Positions 14,142-25,516 of a stretch of 64,000 nucleotides of DNA are shown piece after piece. The stretch spans positions 23,890,568-23,954,567 of the forward strand of contig NC_069001.1 of assembly GCF_001194135.2 (NCBI RefSeq), read 5' to 3'. The DNA comes from Octopus bimaculoides (lineage: Eukaryota). The notes beneath the pieces are model-generated. The model made no database searches. It worked only from the letters and a program-made list of their open reading frames with translations, and had not been told where the DNA came from. The stretch's first letter is position 1. Each line of letters begins with the position of its first letter. The translations under genes were made by a program, and so were the position numbers.

Positions 14142-14540
14142 GTGCAAGCATGGCTGTGTGGTAAGAAGCTTGCTTCCCAACCACATGGTTCCAGGTTCAG
14201 TCCCATTGTGTATCATCTTGAGCAAGTATCTTTTGCTATATCCTCATGCCAAACAAAGCCTTGTGAGTAGATTTGTTAGACAGAAACTGAAGGAAACCTG
14301 TTATATGTGTGTGTATGTATGTCTTTGTATCTTTGTTTGTCCACTACCATCGCTTGACAACTGATGTTGGTGTGTTTATATCCTTAGAACTAAGCAGTTT
14401 GGCAAAAGAGATAGATAGAATAAGTAGCAGACTTTAAAAACAAAATATGAAAGTACTGACATTGATTCATTCAACTAAGAATTTTTTAAGCCGTTGCTCC
14501 AGCATGGCCACAGTCTAATGACTGAAATAAGTAAAAGATA
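14142..14540 (+). mobile_element. SINE family A, full length (tRNA head, CORE-like segment, internal microsatellite, 3' half)
   Basis: A box TGGCTGTGTGG, B box GGTTCAGTCCC, CORE-like ATCTTGAGCAAGTATCTT, tail ACTGAAATAAGTAAAAG. Confidence 0.85.
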
Positions 14541-14879
14541 TATGTTTAAAATCAATGACTTCCACATACTTTACCAAGTTTTCTTTGTACTTTAGCGATA
14601 TTATAGCTCCAGAGTGCATCCGTAATGTTCTGTATTTGTTCATTTATTTTCTGAGTGAGATGAAACAGTAAGTTCAGCATTACTAATATTATTCCTCTGG
14701 AGGTGAAAGTGCCTTGTGAAAAGGGTAATTGTCATCTTTGAGGTGGCATGGTAAATTGTTTTGGGACCTATTTCAAGGGAAAATAATGTTGTCCCTATTG
14801 CTAGGAAATTCCTAGCATGGGACAATACCCATGGACTTGCAGGATTTTTAAAATCATGAGATTGATGCAGCTGATGTTC

Positions 14880-15130
14880 ATTTAGAACTGACATTAATGT
14901 ATATATCTTGGGGGAAAATGTAGATAGGGGGATAGACATGGAATTCCAAAGGGTTGCAGTCTATTTTGAAAGGATATTGGCCTTTCTGACATGTCTTGAC
15001 GTGTGTGATCTTTGCAAACAAAAGCTCCTTAAACGATGTTTGTTTTCAGTTTCCCACTTCAAACAATGTTTGAGCTGTTGAATCGATGTGGAGTACTTTA
15101 CTTGGAAACAAATGGGATCTGACATCAAGA
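14880..15130 (-). mobile_element. Possible CR1/Jockey-group LINE ORF2 end
   Basis: SK*TATLWNSMSIPLSTFSPKIYTL resembles the RTxxLWNSLP..FPxxYNL terminal motif. Confidence 0.35.
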
Positions 15131-16907
15131 ACCTACCCTTGTCTGATCCACACATTGGAAAGGAAGATGCTGGTTAGGAAGGGCATCCAGCTGTAAAACC
15201 CTGCCAAAACAGATGCAGCAGCATGGGTAATTTTCCTACCTGTCTGGCTTCTGTCAACCATCCTACCCGTGCATGCATAGAAGATGGACATTAAACAGTG
15301 ATGATGATGATGATGATAATATATACATACACACACACACACACACACACATGTATGTATATTTCAGCCATGTATTGACACAGATGCTTTACTTGGCCTA
15401 TTCTCTTCTTCTTTCAGGACATGTTCGAAATGTCACATTTGACTTTTGTTGTTTTTCCTGTTTCCGTTCTTATTTTTGGTTTGCCTTTATGATATAATGT
15501 GTATCATATTGTATACAGTATATATATNNNNNNNNNNTATATATATATATATATGGCAGATACTGGTGTGATACAAATGGCACTCATGCTGGTGCCACAT
15601 AAAAGCACCCATTACACTCTCAGAGTGGTTGGTGTTAGGAGGGGCATTTAGCCATAGAAAACCATGCCAAATCAGTCTGAAGTCTAGTGCAGCCCCTCAG
15701 CTTATCAGCCCTAGTCAAACTGTCCAACCCATGCCAGCATGGACAGCAGATATTAAACAATGATGATGATGATGACACACGTCTACATAGACAAATGGAG
15801 GTATATCAAATACCATACAACATAAATTCCTTATGTTAAAGTTATCTCTGCAATTCAAAAGAGCTCCACCTAAAAAGGGGAGATAATCTGAAGATTCAAG
15901 AGTTTTCTAAAGCTGACATGGCCAGTACAGAAAAAAAAAACAGGTTTATTGTCTGGAAAGCCTATGAGCCATCCTCCAGGAAGACTTTGAGCCTAGCTCA
16001 TGTAAATAACTGTTGAGTCTCTAGTGAAAGTAAGACTACAAACTGGAAGAACTAACAAAAAGATGGAGACATGAACCAACAGCAATAATTCTCTATTTGC
16101 ATAAATAAAATTGATGCAAAAATTTGTCAAGACAAATTTCTTCTAATCTTCTGGAGTTTTAGTACCATTGATTTTCAGCAATTTATCCATTCTAAGACAT
16201 CCCTGATCTTGTTGAATCAAAACTCCACTGGGGTTTTTTTTCTACCTTTTTAATGGAATCCACAGGTTTTCACTATTTTCTGGCTTTTGATATTTTTCAA
16301 TATCATTTTACCTTACTTCTAATCTTGTTTTGCCAATTTTCTCTCTTGATATCAATATGTAAAAATTTCCTAATGCTGTTTCACTGAAAATAAATAAGTG
16401 TTCCCATCTGTGAATCTAATTTGAATTTTAAAAACAATTTCAAAGAAAATTTGAGTTGGTTCATAGTAGAAAAGAAAACCTTTATTTCCATTCTGAAAAT
16501 AGACTCAGTATGAGGAAAGTAACTTTCACTTCATGTTCTATGTTGCCTAGAGGAAAGGATTTGATACATAACAAAGTTGCTGCTCAGAGACATACCAAAC
16601 TAGCATGAAGATTGCTTTACTGTCAAAACAAATGTTAAGTTTAAAAAGTTCTAAAGATGTTGATTATTCGCAATGGTTGTCATTCAATTTCTGAATAGTG
16701 GATATAAGTATATTTTTTGCCAATCATATTCCTGCTTGTTTGCTTTCTATGCTTCCATTGTTTGCATTTTGCTAACCATAAGGACTAGAAGTGCTATAAG
16801 GATGCCTGAATTTGTGCTGCACACCAGTGAGACACTGTAGCATGGAAACAATTGGTTAAAATAAATACATGAAAATGAAATTAGAATTAAATTAAAAATT
16901 ATATTTA

Positions 16908-17834
16908 CAGAGTGCAATGGGTAAATTGTCGCCATTATATATGAAATTACACACATACACATTGCTTGTTTTTGATTTTATTGACTACACAGTATAGTAG
17001 GGTCAGTTGGGCACTATCTGTGAGGAAAACAGCAGCATGACACAATACTCTGCCAGAAATTTGGAAACGACATGCCATACAGTTTGGCATTCATGCCAGA
17101 AGCTCCAATACGAACATTTCAGAGTGTTTGGGTGTCAATCTGAGGAGAGTGCAATCTGAGAGTGATAAAAATCAAACATCCAGTCAACATCATGTTGTTT
17201 GGAGTGATCACTAGTGATCTAGTGATGGCAACGTTCTGTCTCCATTAATCTTCCTACACAGCCTCACACTCAGCATGGAGGCCTACATCAAGTGTCTGGA
17301 GGAGGTAGTGCTGCCCTGGATCAAGAGCATGGAAAAACAGGACTCTGCACCATGCCACAAAAGAAGAACTCANNNNNNNNNNTGCCCTGGATCAAGAGCA
17401 TGGAAAAACAGGACTCTGCACCATGCCACAAAAGAAGAACTCAATCATGGCTGTCTGACAATTTCTGTGCCCACATCAACCCTAATATCTGGCCACCTAA
17501 TTCCCCAGACTGCATCCCCCTTGGTTATTATGTGTGGGGTGCAGTTGAGTGAGAGGCCTACAGAACCCCTTGTAATACCAAAGATGAACTGAAGGCAAGG
17601 ATTATGGCAGCATTCACGATCTTAAACAAGGAGACCATCCAGAAGAATTGCAGGAGATTCTGAAGTCGTCTGGAGGCCATAGTTGAATCCAAGGGCAATT
17701 TTATTGAATAAATTTATTCTTTAGTATTTCAAGATATTTTTATGTAATTTTGGTAAACATATCTGTTAAAATGAGAAGTCAATGTTATTTTCATTTTTGC
17801 ATAATTTAAACGACAGTTTATTCACCACACCCTG
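16908..17834 (+). mobile_element. Internally deleted Tc1/mariner element, DD37D (maT)-like
   Basis: KHPVNIMLFGVIT..AYIKCLEEVVLPWIK..QDSAPCHKRRTQSWLSDNFCAHINPNIWPPNSPDCIPLGYYVWGAVE; D-x36-G here (one codon lost, third D mutated); degenerate TIRs flanked by TA. Confidence 0.85.
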
Positions 17835-18018
17835 TATATATATATGAAATTTATATAAAAACAATGATGACAGAGCAACAACTACCAAACTAAAACTAAT
17901 AACTAATAAGTCCTACCCAAAAAGTGACTAAGGGCTTCTTTCAGTTTCCATCTACCAAATACACTCACAAGGGTTTCATTGGCTTGAGGCTGTTGTTGAA
18001 GACACTTGCCCAAGGTGC

Positions 18019-18058
<40 letters not shown>

Positions 18059-18062
18059 TACA

Positions 18063-18590
18063 TACATAGTATCTCAAAAGTCACTCATGGGTTTCAATTT
18101 TTAATAACTTTCTTAACTTTACAAATAGATACATGGAACCTTGATACAATATAAAGGACATAATGGAAATTAATATTCCCAGAGTCAAATTTTTCAACAC
18201 TGCTACATTACATATGAAAAATAACATCGCTTAAATGTCAGCCATTTCTGGCTTCACATGCCTGTGCTCTTTCCAAAACACCCTCAAGATTTTCAGACCC
18301 CACTTCTCTGATTTCCCTATTGATGTTCTCCTTCAGTTGCATCAGGGTCTCCGGTTTGTTGATTCAAACCCTCTCCTTCAGGTATCCTCAGAAGAAAAAT
18401 CTGGGTTAGTCAAGTCTGGGGAACATGAAGGCCAGTTCACATTGTTGTAACAGGAGATTAATCTCTCTCCAAAGTACTGCTGTAGCAACTGCATTGTTTC
18501 TCTTGGGGTATAAGCAGTTTCCCCATCTTACTGGAACCATGTGTCAGGTCTACTCTGAATAGTCATCACGTTCTCCAAACTTGACTAGCC
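18063..18590 (-). mobile_element. Tc1/mariner transposase C-terminal relic, DD41D (rosa)-like
   Basis: WFQ*DGETAYTPRETMQLLQQYFGERLISCYNNVNWPSCSPDLTNPDF..GYLKERV; 41 residues between the second and third D. Confidence 0.8.
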
Positions 18591-18638
18591 TAGATTTTTT
18601 TCACATACACACACACATGGAAACACACACAACCACAC

Positions 18639-18680
<42 letters not shown>

Positions 18681-19322
18681 AAAAATGGTAGAGTGACAGA
18701 AAGTGAAAGGATAAAGAACGACGGTGTACCATATGATTTCAGAAATTTTTCTGTACCTTCAGAGATTGCAAACAGGGATAGTTTACTAAAAGCCTTCAGC
18801 CCTTATCCTCCAACCTCATAAAGACAGAAAAGCAAAACAACAGAAAGCACAAGTTCAACAATAAAGGAGAATTTTGAATAGGAATATAAAGAATATGTCA
18901 TGTGAAACACAGTAAAATGGAATCAGAGAGAAGAAACGTACAATTTGAGAGGAAAAGGTATTTATTGAAACAAAAAAAGAACCTCATAGACATTATTCTA
19001 GCAACAATGGAACTATTTAAAGTACAATTGAAAAGCAATCTCTACATAATTTGAACAATTTTCCCTGTTTCGAACTGATTTTTTGCCCAAGATAGGTGAT
19101 GGAATCAAATTTGTGCTAGATTACTTTGCCATTATTATTCTGAGAATAACTAATTTCCATTTCCAATGTTGGCTTCATCCCCTGTATTTGTGAAAGAATG
19201 ATTCAGCTGTAAATATTCATGTAACAGGACTTGTATTGCAATCATTTGATGTCTGATTAGGACGATTTCATGTGTGTGTATGTGTGAATACATGTATGTG
19301 CACATATATATGTATACATACG

Positions 19323-19373
<51 letters not shown>

Positions 19374-20326
19374 ATGTATGTATGTATGTATATATATATA
19401 TATATATATATATNNNNNNNNNNNNNNNNNNNNNNNNNNNNNNNNNNNNNNNNNNNNNNNNNNNNNNNNNNNNNNNNNNNNNNNNNNNNNNNNNNNNNNN
19501 NNNNNNNNNNNNNNNNNNNNNNNNNNNNNNNNNNNNNNNNNNNNNNNNNNNNNNNNNNNNNNNNNNNNNNNNNNNNNNNNNNNNNNNNNNNNNNNNNNNN
19601 NNNNNNNNNNNNNNNNNNNNNNNNNNNNNNNNNNNNNNNNNNNNNNNNNNNNNNNNNNNNNNNNNNNNNNNNNNNNNNNNNNNNNNNNNNNNNNNNNNNN
19701 NNNNNNNNNNNNNNNNNNNNNNNNNNNNNNNNNNNNNNNNNNNNNNNNNNNNNNNNNNNNNNNNNNNNNNNNNNNNNNNNNNNNNNNNNNNNNNNNNNNN
19801 NNNNNNNNNNNNNNNNNNNNNNNNNNNNNNNNNNNNNNNNNNNNNNNNNNNNNNNNNNNNNNNNNNNNNNNNNNNNNNNNNNNNNNNNNNCTCTCTCTCT
19901 CTCTCTCTCCATACTGGAGAGATTCTCATTGCTCATACCTGGAAATGATGCAGCAAACAAAGTAGTTGATATAAAACAGGCAAAAAAAAAAAACAACCCC
20001 TCCAAAACAATGGAGCTGGCCAGAATTCAACATGTGAGCTTCTTACCATTTTTACTATAGACAACTGCATTTGCTGTCTCTTTCTGAGATAACTATAGAG
20101 CCAAAACATGGTTTATGTCTCTGTGCTGTATCATTTTACTCCTATCAGATATATTTTATAAATTTCCCTATTCAGATTCTTTGTAGAAGCATGAGACTAT
20201 TAACTGCAGACATGGTGATGGTTAAGAAGTTTGTTTCTCAAACACACTTCTGTCAGTTCAATCTTACTGCATACCATGCTGGTAAAGCATTTTCCAAAAT
20301 GGGTTTTACTTGATAATATGTGGGAA

Positions 20327-20558
20327 GTAGAGCTGGCAGAAATGTTAGCACGCCGGGCGAAATGCTTAGCAGTATTTTGTCTGCTGCTATGTCGTTCTGA
20401 GTTCAAATTCCGCCGAGTTCGACTTTGCCTTTCATCCTTTCGGGGTTTCGTCCTTAAGTACCAGTTATGTACTGGGGTCGATGTAATTGACCTAATCCCT
20501 TTGCCTGTCCTTGTTTGTCCCCTCAATGTTTAGCCCCTTGTGGGCAATAAAGAATTAA
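20327..20558 (+). mobile_element. SINE family B
   Basis: Near-full match to the other B copies; see the shared-flank finding. Confidence 0.9.
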
Positions 20559-21209
20559 GAAAACATGTAGCAGTGCTCAAATGATTTAAACTCAAATTGT
20601 ATATACATATCATGATAAAAATCCAAGGCTGTGAAAAATTTCAGAACATTTATAAATGTTCTGAAATTTTTCACAGCCTTGGATTTTTATCTCATTCTGT
20701 TAATTTTGTGTGTGNNNNNNNNNNNNNNNNNNNNNNNNNNNNNNNNNNNNNNNNNNNNNNNNNNNNNNNNNNNNNNNNNNNNNNNNNNNNNNNNNNNNNN
20801 NNNNNNNNNNNNNNNNNNNNNNNNNNNNNNNNNNNNNNNNNNNNNNNNNNNNNNNNNNNNNNNNNNNNNNNNNNNNNNNNNNNNNNNNNNNNNNNNNNNN
20901 NNNNNNNNNNNNNNNNNNNNNNNNNNNNNNNNNNNNNNNNNNNNNNNNNNNNNNNNNNNNNNNNNNNNNNNNNNNNNNNNNNNNNNNNNNNNNNNNNNNN
21001 NNNNNNNNNNNNNNNNNNNNNNNNNNNNNNNNNNNNNNNNNNNNNNNNNNNNNNNNNNNNNNNNNNNNNNNNNNNNNNNNNNNNNNNNNNNNNNNNNNNN
21101 NNNNNNNNNNNNNNNNNNNNNNNNNNNNNNNNNNNNNNNNNNNNNNNNNNNNNNNNNNNNNNNNNNNNNNNNNNNNNNNNNNNNNNNNNNNNNNNNNNNN
21201 NNNNNNNNN

Positions 21210-21500
21210 GTGGTGAAGCTGAGTCACCTAACAGAATCGAAGAGAGAGATGTGCCGCGGTAGTTTGGTGTGGTGTACATAGTAAGTCGTGTTGACGCTGG
21301 TGGAGATTGATGCTGGTTAGTAGTAATCGTAGAATCGTGTTGGTCATGACGATGATGCTGGATAGTAGTCGTAGACTCTTGTTGCTGATGTGGCGACGGC
21401 GGTGGTCATCGTGGCTGGACGAAGCTGCTGAAATGGTCGCTGGCTACTGCTGCTGTCGTGTGGTACACGGAACAGTTCTCAAAGAGAAACTGGACCGAGA
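21210..21500 (-). other. Candidate first exon (5' leader and possible start MYTTPNYRGTSLSSILLGDSASP) of an unidentified gene
   Basis: CpG-rich non-repeat sequence just downstream of a TATA-like box; frame stays open into the N gap; no homology recognised. Confidence 0.35.
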
Positions 21501-21519
21501 CAAATTGTGGGGTATGAGT

Positions 21520-21770
21520 TGATCTATATATAACGTTAAGAGGGCTCCAAATGGCTTCAGAATTTTACTCTATCACGTGACCGTATTAGGGGCCGTGATT
21601 GGTCAGTTTGCGTTCTGGCGGGAAAGGTTCGAAGAAGTTGCCGATTCGAATAATAATCAGTCACGTGATGACAAGGAATGGGTTCTCTACTAGGCTCGCA
21701 TTTATTTATATTTAAATGAGAAGAATGGCGATAGTAGTTTGTATCTAATGGCGGTAGGTAGTTTCACTAC
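21520..21770 (-). promoter_or_regulatory. CpG-rich promoter, possibly bidirectional
   Basis: TATATATAG 21524-21532; CACGTG 21574-21579 and 21662-21667; CCAAT on minus 21598-21602; TTTCCCGCCA on minus 21616-21625; two AATGGCG on plus; about 30 CpG in 21210-21760 by hand count. Confidence 0.6.
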
Positions 21771-21884
21771 ATATATATTAATAATAATAATATGACAACA
21801 AAAGAATGAATGAGAACTTGATATTATGTAAAATAGAGGAATTTATCTATAAATATAATATGTGACAATTAGTTTTATTATGAC

Positions 21885-21965
<81 letters not shown>

Positions 21966-22376
21966 ATGATGATATATATATATATATATCTGTGTGTGTG
22001 TGTGTGTGTGTGTGTTTGTATGTCTGATCCCCACCATCACTTGAAAACTAATGTTGGTGTGTTTACGTCCTTGTAACTTAGTGGTTCGGCCAAAGAGACC
22101 GATAGAATAAGTACTAGGCTTACAAAGAATAAGTCCTGGGGTCAATTTCTTCAACTCTAAGATGGTGCTCCAGAAGAGCCACAGTCAAATGACTGAAACA
22201 AAAGAAAATGAATAAAAGAATATATACTCATATAGAGACAATGATTCAAATAAACAGATAAAACCTCGGGTTTTGATGTACAAAATATATATATAGATAT
22301 ATACATGTATTCGTATAAAAAGGAAGGCAGAATTACAATTTTCAGATGATTAGCAAGTATAATATGTAGATATATA

Positions 22377-22554
22377 CAGTTCTATATTTAAGAGATGAAG
22401 AATTATGTACATTATTTACATTATTTACATTTGACGGATATTTGTCCTCATCTTGCTTGTTGTTGACACGTTTCGGCTGATATACCCTCCAGCCTTCATC
22501 AGGTGTCTTGGGGAAATTTCGAACCTCGGTTCTCATTCCTAAGGTATTTTTCGA

Positions 22555-22610
<56 letters not shown>

Positions 22611-22616
22611 TCACTG
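22377..22616 (-). mobile_element. 5'-truncated family P copy with hammerhead-like motif at 22465-22507
   Basis: Reverse complement of 22679-22688, of the (AAT)n and of 22895-23033. Confidence 0.75.
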
Positions 22617-22684
22617 AATATGGCATAGTGGTTAAGAGCACGGGCTACTAACCCCAAAATTCCGAGTTTGATTCCAGGCAGTGA

Positions 22685-22728
<44 letters not shown>

Positions 22729-23033
22729 GTATTAATAATAATAATAATAATAATAGTAATAATAATAATAATAATAAGCACACATATGGTTGTGATGCAT
22801 GTGCCTGGTGTACCCTTATCAGACGGGTAGTCATGATGAGTATAATGGGCTTCGTATATTTTACCCCAGTGTCACTTTGATGGCATGCCCTGCTATCAAA
22901 AAATGCTTTAGGAATGAGAACCCAGCTTCGAAATTTCCCCAAGACACCTGATGAAGGCTGGATGGTATATCAGCTGAAACGTTGTGTTAGCAAACAAGAT
23001 GAGGACAAATATCCATCAAATGTAAATAATGTA
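22617..23033 (+). mobile_element. tRNA-headed family P element with (AAT)n and Penelope-like tail
   Basis: A box TGGCATAGTGG 22621-22631, B-box-like GTTTGATTCC 22666-22675, (AAT)n 22689-22777, tail carrying a hammerhead-like core. Confidence 0.7.
22943..22988 (+). ncRNA. Minimal type I hammerhead ribozyme-like motif (Penelope type)
   Basis: GACAC-CTGATGA-A-GGCTG-(10 nt)-CAGCT-GAAAC-GTT-GTGTT: stem I, core, stem II, and palindromic AACGTT in place of stem III. Confidence 0.6.
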
Positions 23034-23538
23034 TGTAGATATACGTTTTAGAGAGCAAACTTACTCTAATTATATGGACTATGTAATCAGAGTAAGTTTA
23101 TCTAAAAAAGTGAACATACGGTAATCCCTTGACTATCACAAGTGTTACATTCCAAAACCTCCTGAAAATTTTAAGTCTACTTTCTCATTTTACATGTATA
23201 CATCATCATCATCATTTAACATCTGTCTTCCATGCTGGTACAGGTTGGCTGGTTTGATAGGAGCTGGACAGGTAGAAGACTACACCAGGCTCACTGTGTC
23301 TGTTTTGGCATGGTTTTTTATAGCTGGATGCCCTTCCTAACACCAACCATTCTGTCAAGTGGACAGAGTACTTTTTGCCTGGCATCAGCACAGGTGAGAT
23401 CAATATATATATTTTGTACATTAAAACCCAAGGTGTTATCTGTTTATTTGAATCATTGTCTCCATATCTGCTCACCTGGATTCCTCTCATAGCTACAACT
23501 TACCTTGCTGACTTGATCCTCAGGAAAGGTTTCGAAGA

Positions 23539-23959
23539 GTCAGGAGTGGCTGTTTGGTAAGTAGCTTCCTTACCAACCACATGGTTCCGGGTTCAGTCCC
23601 ACTGCATGGCACCTTGGGTAAGTGTCTTCTACTATAGCTTCAGGCTGAACAAAGCCTTATGAGTGGATTTGGTAGACGGAAACTGAAAGAAGCCCGTCGT
23701 ATATATATATATATATGTATATATGTGATTTTATATTATTAATTCATCAATAATATATTTAAGAAATCAATATTTAGTATTTCAAAAGATATATATCCAA
23801 CATAACATGGTAGCATAATAAATTTAAAAATTTAAAACATAAAAATAAAAATACGGAATATAAAAGTTTAAAACATAATTGAGCACTCAACATAAGTTCA
23901 ATTATATATTCTTTTAGAATATTTCTTTTAGAATATTACTTATAAAAGTTATATATATG

Positions 23960-24000
<41 letters not shown>

Positions 24001-24146
24001 TTGTGTCAATTAGCGGTTCGGTAAAAGAGACCGATAAAATAAGTACTAGGCTTACAAAGAACAAGTCCTGGGTTTGATTTCTTAGACTAAAAGCGGTGCT
24101 CCAGCATGGCCACAGTCAAATGACTGAAACAAGTAAAAGACTAAAA
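23539..24146 (+). mobile_element. SINE family A with AT-rich insert in the internal microsatellite
   Basis: Head 23539-23700 and 3' half 24000-24146 match the other copies. Confidence 0.85.
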
Positions 24147-24900
24147 CATTAAGTATTTGTTGACTCTACATACTCATATATACGTGTGTATGTGTGTGTG
24201 ATGGGTTTCCATGTCTACCAAATTCACTCACAAGGCATTGGTTGCTCAGGGCCCATTGTAGAAGAAACTTACTCAAGGTGCCTTACAGTGAGACTGAACC
24301 TGAAATCACATGGCCGCAAAGCAAACTTCTCAACTACACAACCACACCTACTCCTAAATATGTTGCTGTAGGATATAAACACCAACAAAAACAAAACAAA
24401 ACCTGAAAAATCAGTATTTGTTGAGAAGAATCTGGTGAAATATCTGTTTTGCACTGGGTTACATCTAATCTCTTGCACTAACTTACTTCTAATCTCCCCC
24501 CCCCCTCTTTCTACCTGAAATACTATGAATCATAATGTGGCCCATGGGAAACCTTGATCAAAGAATGTTATTGATTCACAAATTGCATTATTAAATTAAA
24601 ATAGTTAAGCTTCACCCAATCCATCTCCCTATATTAATGTTTATAAAATATACACCTTTGTTTATTTGTTCATTCATTTATTTATTTTTTTGTGAGTGGG
24701 TGGAGCGTCAACTGAATTTCTAGGACATCATTGTTTTGTTTTTAATCATACACTATCTCTAATTAAAACCATTTATAATAATGATAAGCCTAAATATATA
24801 TATATATAAATTTAATAATGAGGATAGAAATTGATATTAATCAATTAAAACCAGTGGCCTAGTATATTTTTTAAAAATCTGAAGATTAAAATTATATTAG

Positions 24901-25089
24901 ATACAACATTAAGAGGAATGACCACAAAAAGTGGACTCCTATATGCAAGAAATAGACGCCAAATCACCTAACCACGAAGAGTATGTTCTTTTTTTTTTTC
25001 TTGAGAACATACTCTTCGTGGTTAGGTGATTTGGCATCTATTTTCAGCATATAGGAGTCCACTTTTGGTGGCCATTCCTCTTAATTTTG

Positions 25090-25092
<3 letters not shown>
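24901..25092. repeat. Long near-perfect inverted repeat
   Basis: Arms 24901-24989 and 25004-25092 (89 bp, 7 mismatches by hand), 14-nt T-rich spacer. Confidence 0.9.
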
Positions 25093-25120
<28 letters not shown>

Positions 25121-25343
25121 GTACATACATGCATACATACATATATATATGATATGTAAATGTAAGATCCAAGGATCAAGATGTAGGAAGTTAGTTAGTT
25201 TCCTGAGAAGGTATAAAAAATAACTTTCAGGAATAATAGTAGTTTATTGATGTAGAAGGTTGTAAATTTTGTTCATATCAAAGTTCGAAAAGCTGAAAAA
25301 ATTATTTTATAATTTATGGTTGCAGTGTACGCAAATAAAAATC

Positions 25344-25516
25344 CAGGCTACATATGTTTCATGGCTAGCAGAACCTTGCCAGTAGTAATTACCCAAACAA
25401 GGAGTAATCCACCAGCTTCTCATCAGGCCAAAGAAACCTCAATCAAAATGAAGTTTACATTGTTGTCAAGGCATCCCATTCCAAGGTTCTGTCAGCTATG
25501 AGACATATGTAGCCTG
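25344..25516. mobile_element. Unclassified foldback/MITE-like element
   Basis: About 35-bp terminal inverted repeats CAGGCTACATATGT(T/C)TCAT(G/A)GCT..CAGAACCTTG. Confidence 0.65.

Noticed and set aside
16140-16330. KYQKPENSENLWIP resembling a DIRS gag motif
   Set aside because: Too short and frameshifted; no RT, tyrosine recombinase or terminal repeats nearby
17323-17441. Direct duplication of about 50-60 bp inside the mariner
   Set aside because: The copies flank a 10-N gap; typical unmerged contig overlap
22617-22688. tRNA gene
   Set aside because: A/B boxes are present but the acceptor and anticodon stems are incomplete and it is fused to a repeat tail; treated as a SINE head, like the heads of families A, B, D and E
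22689-22777. Regular short repeats that might suggest a CRISPR array
   Set aside because: Simple trinucleotide repeats with no repeat-spacer structure or cas genes; eukaryotic context
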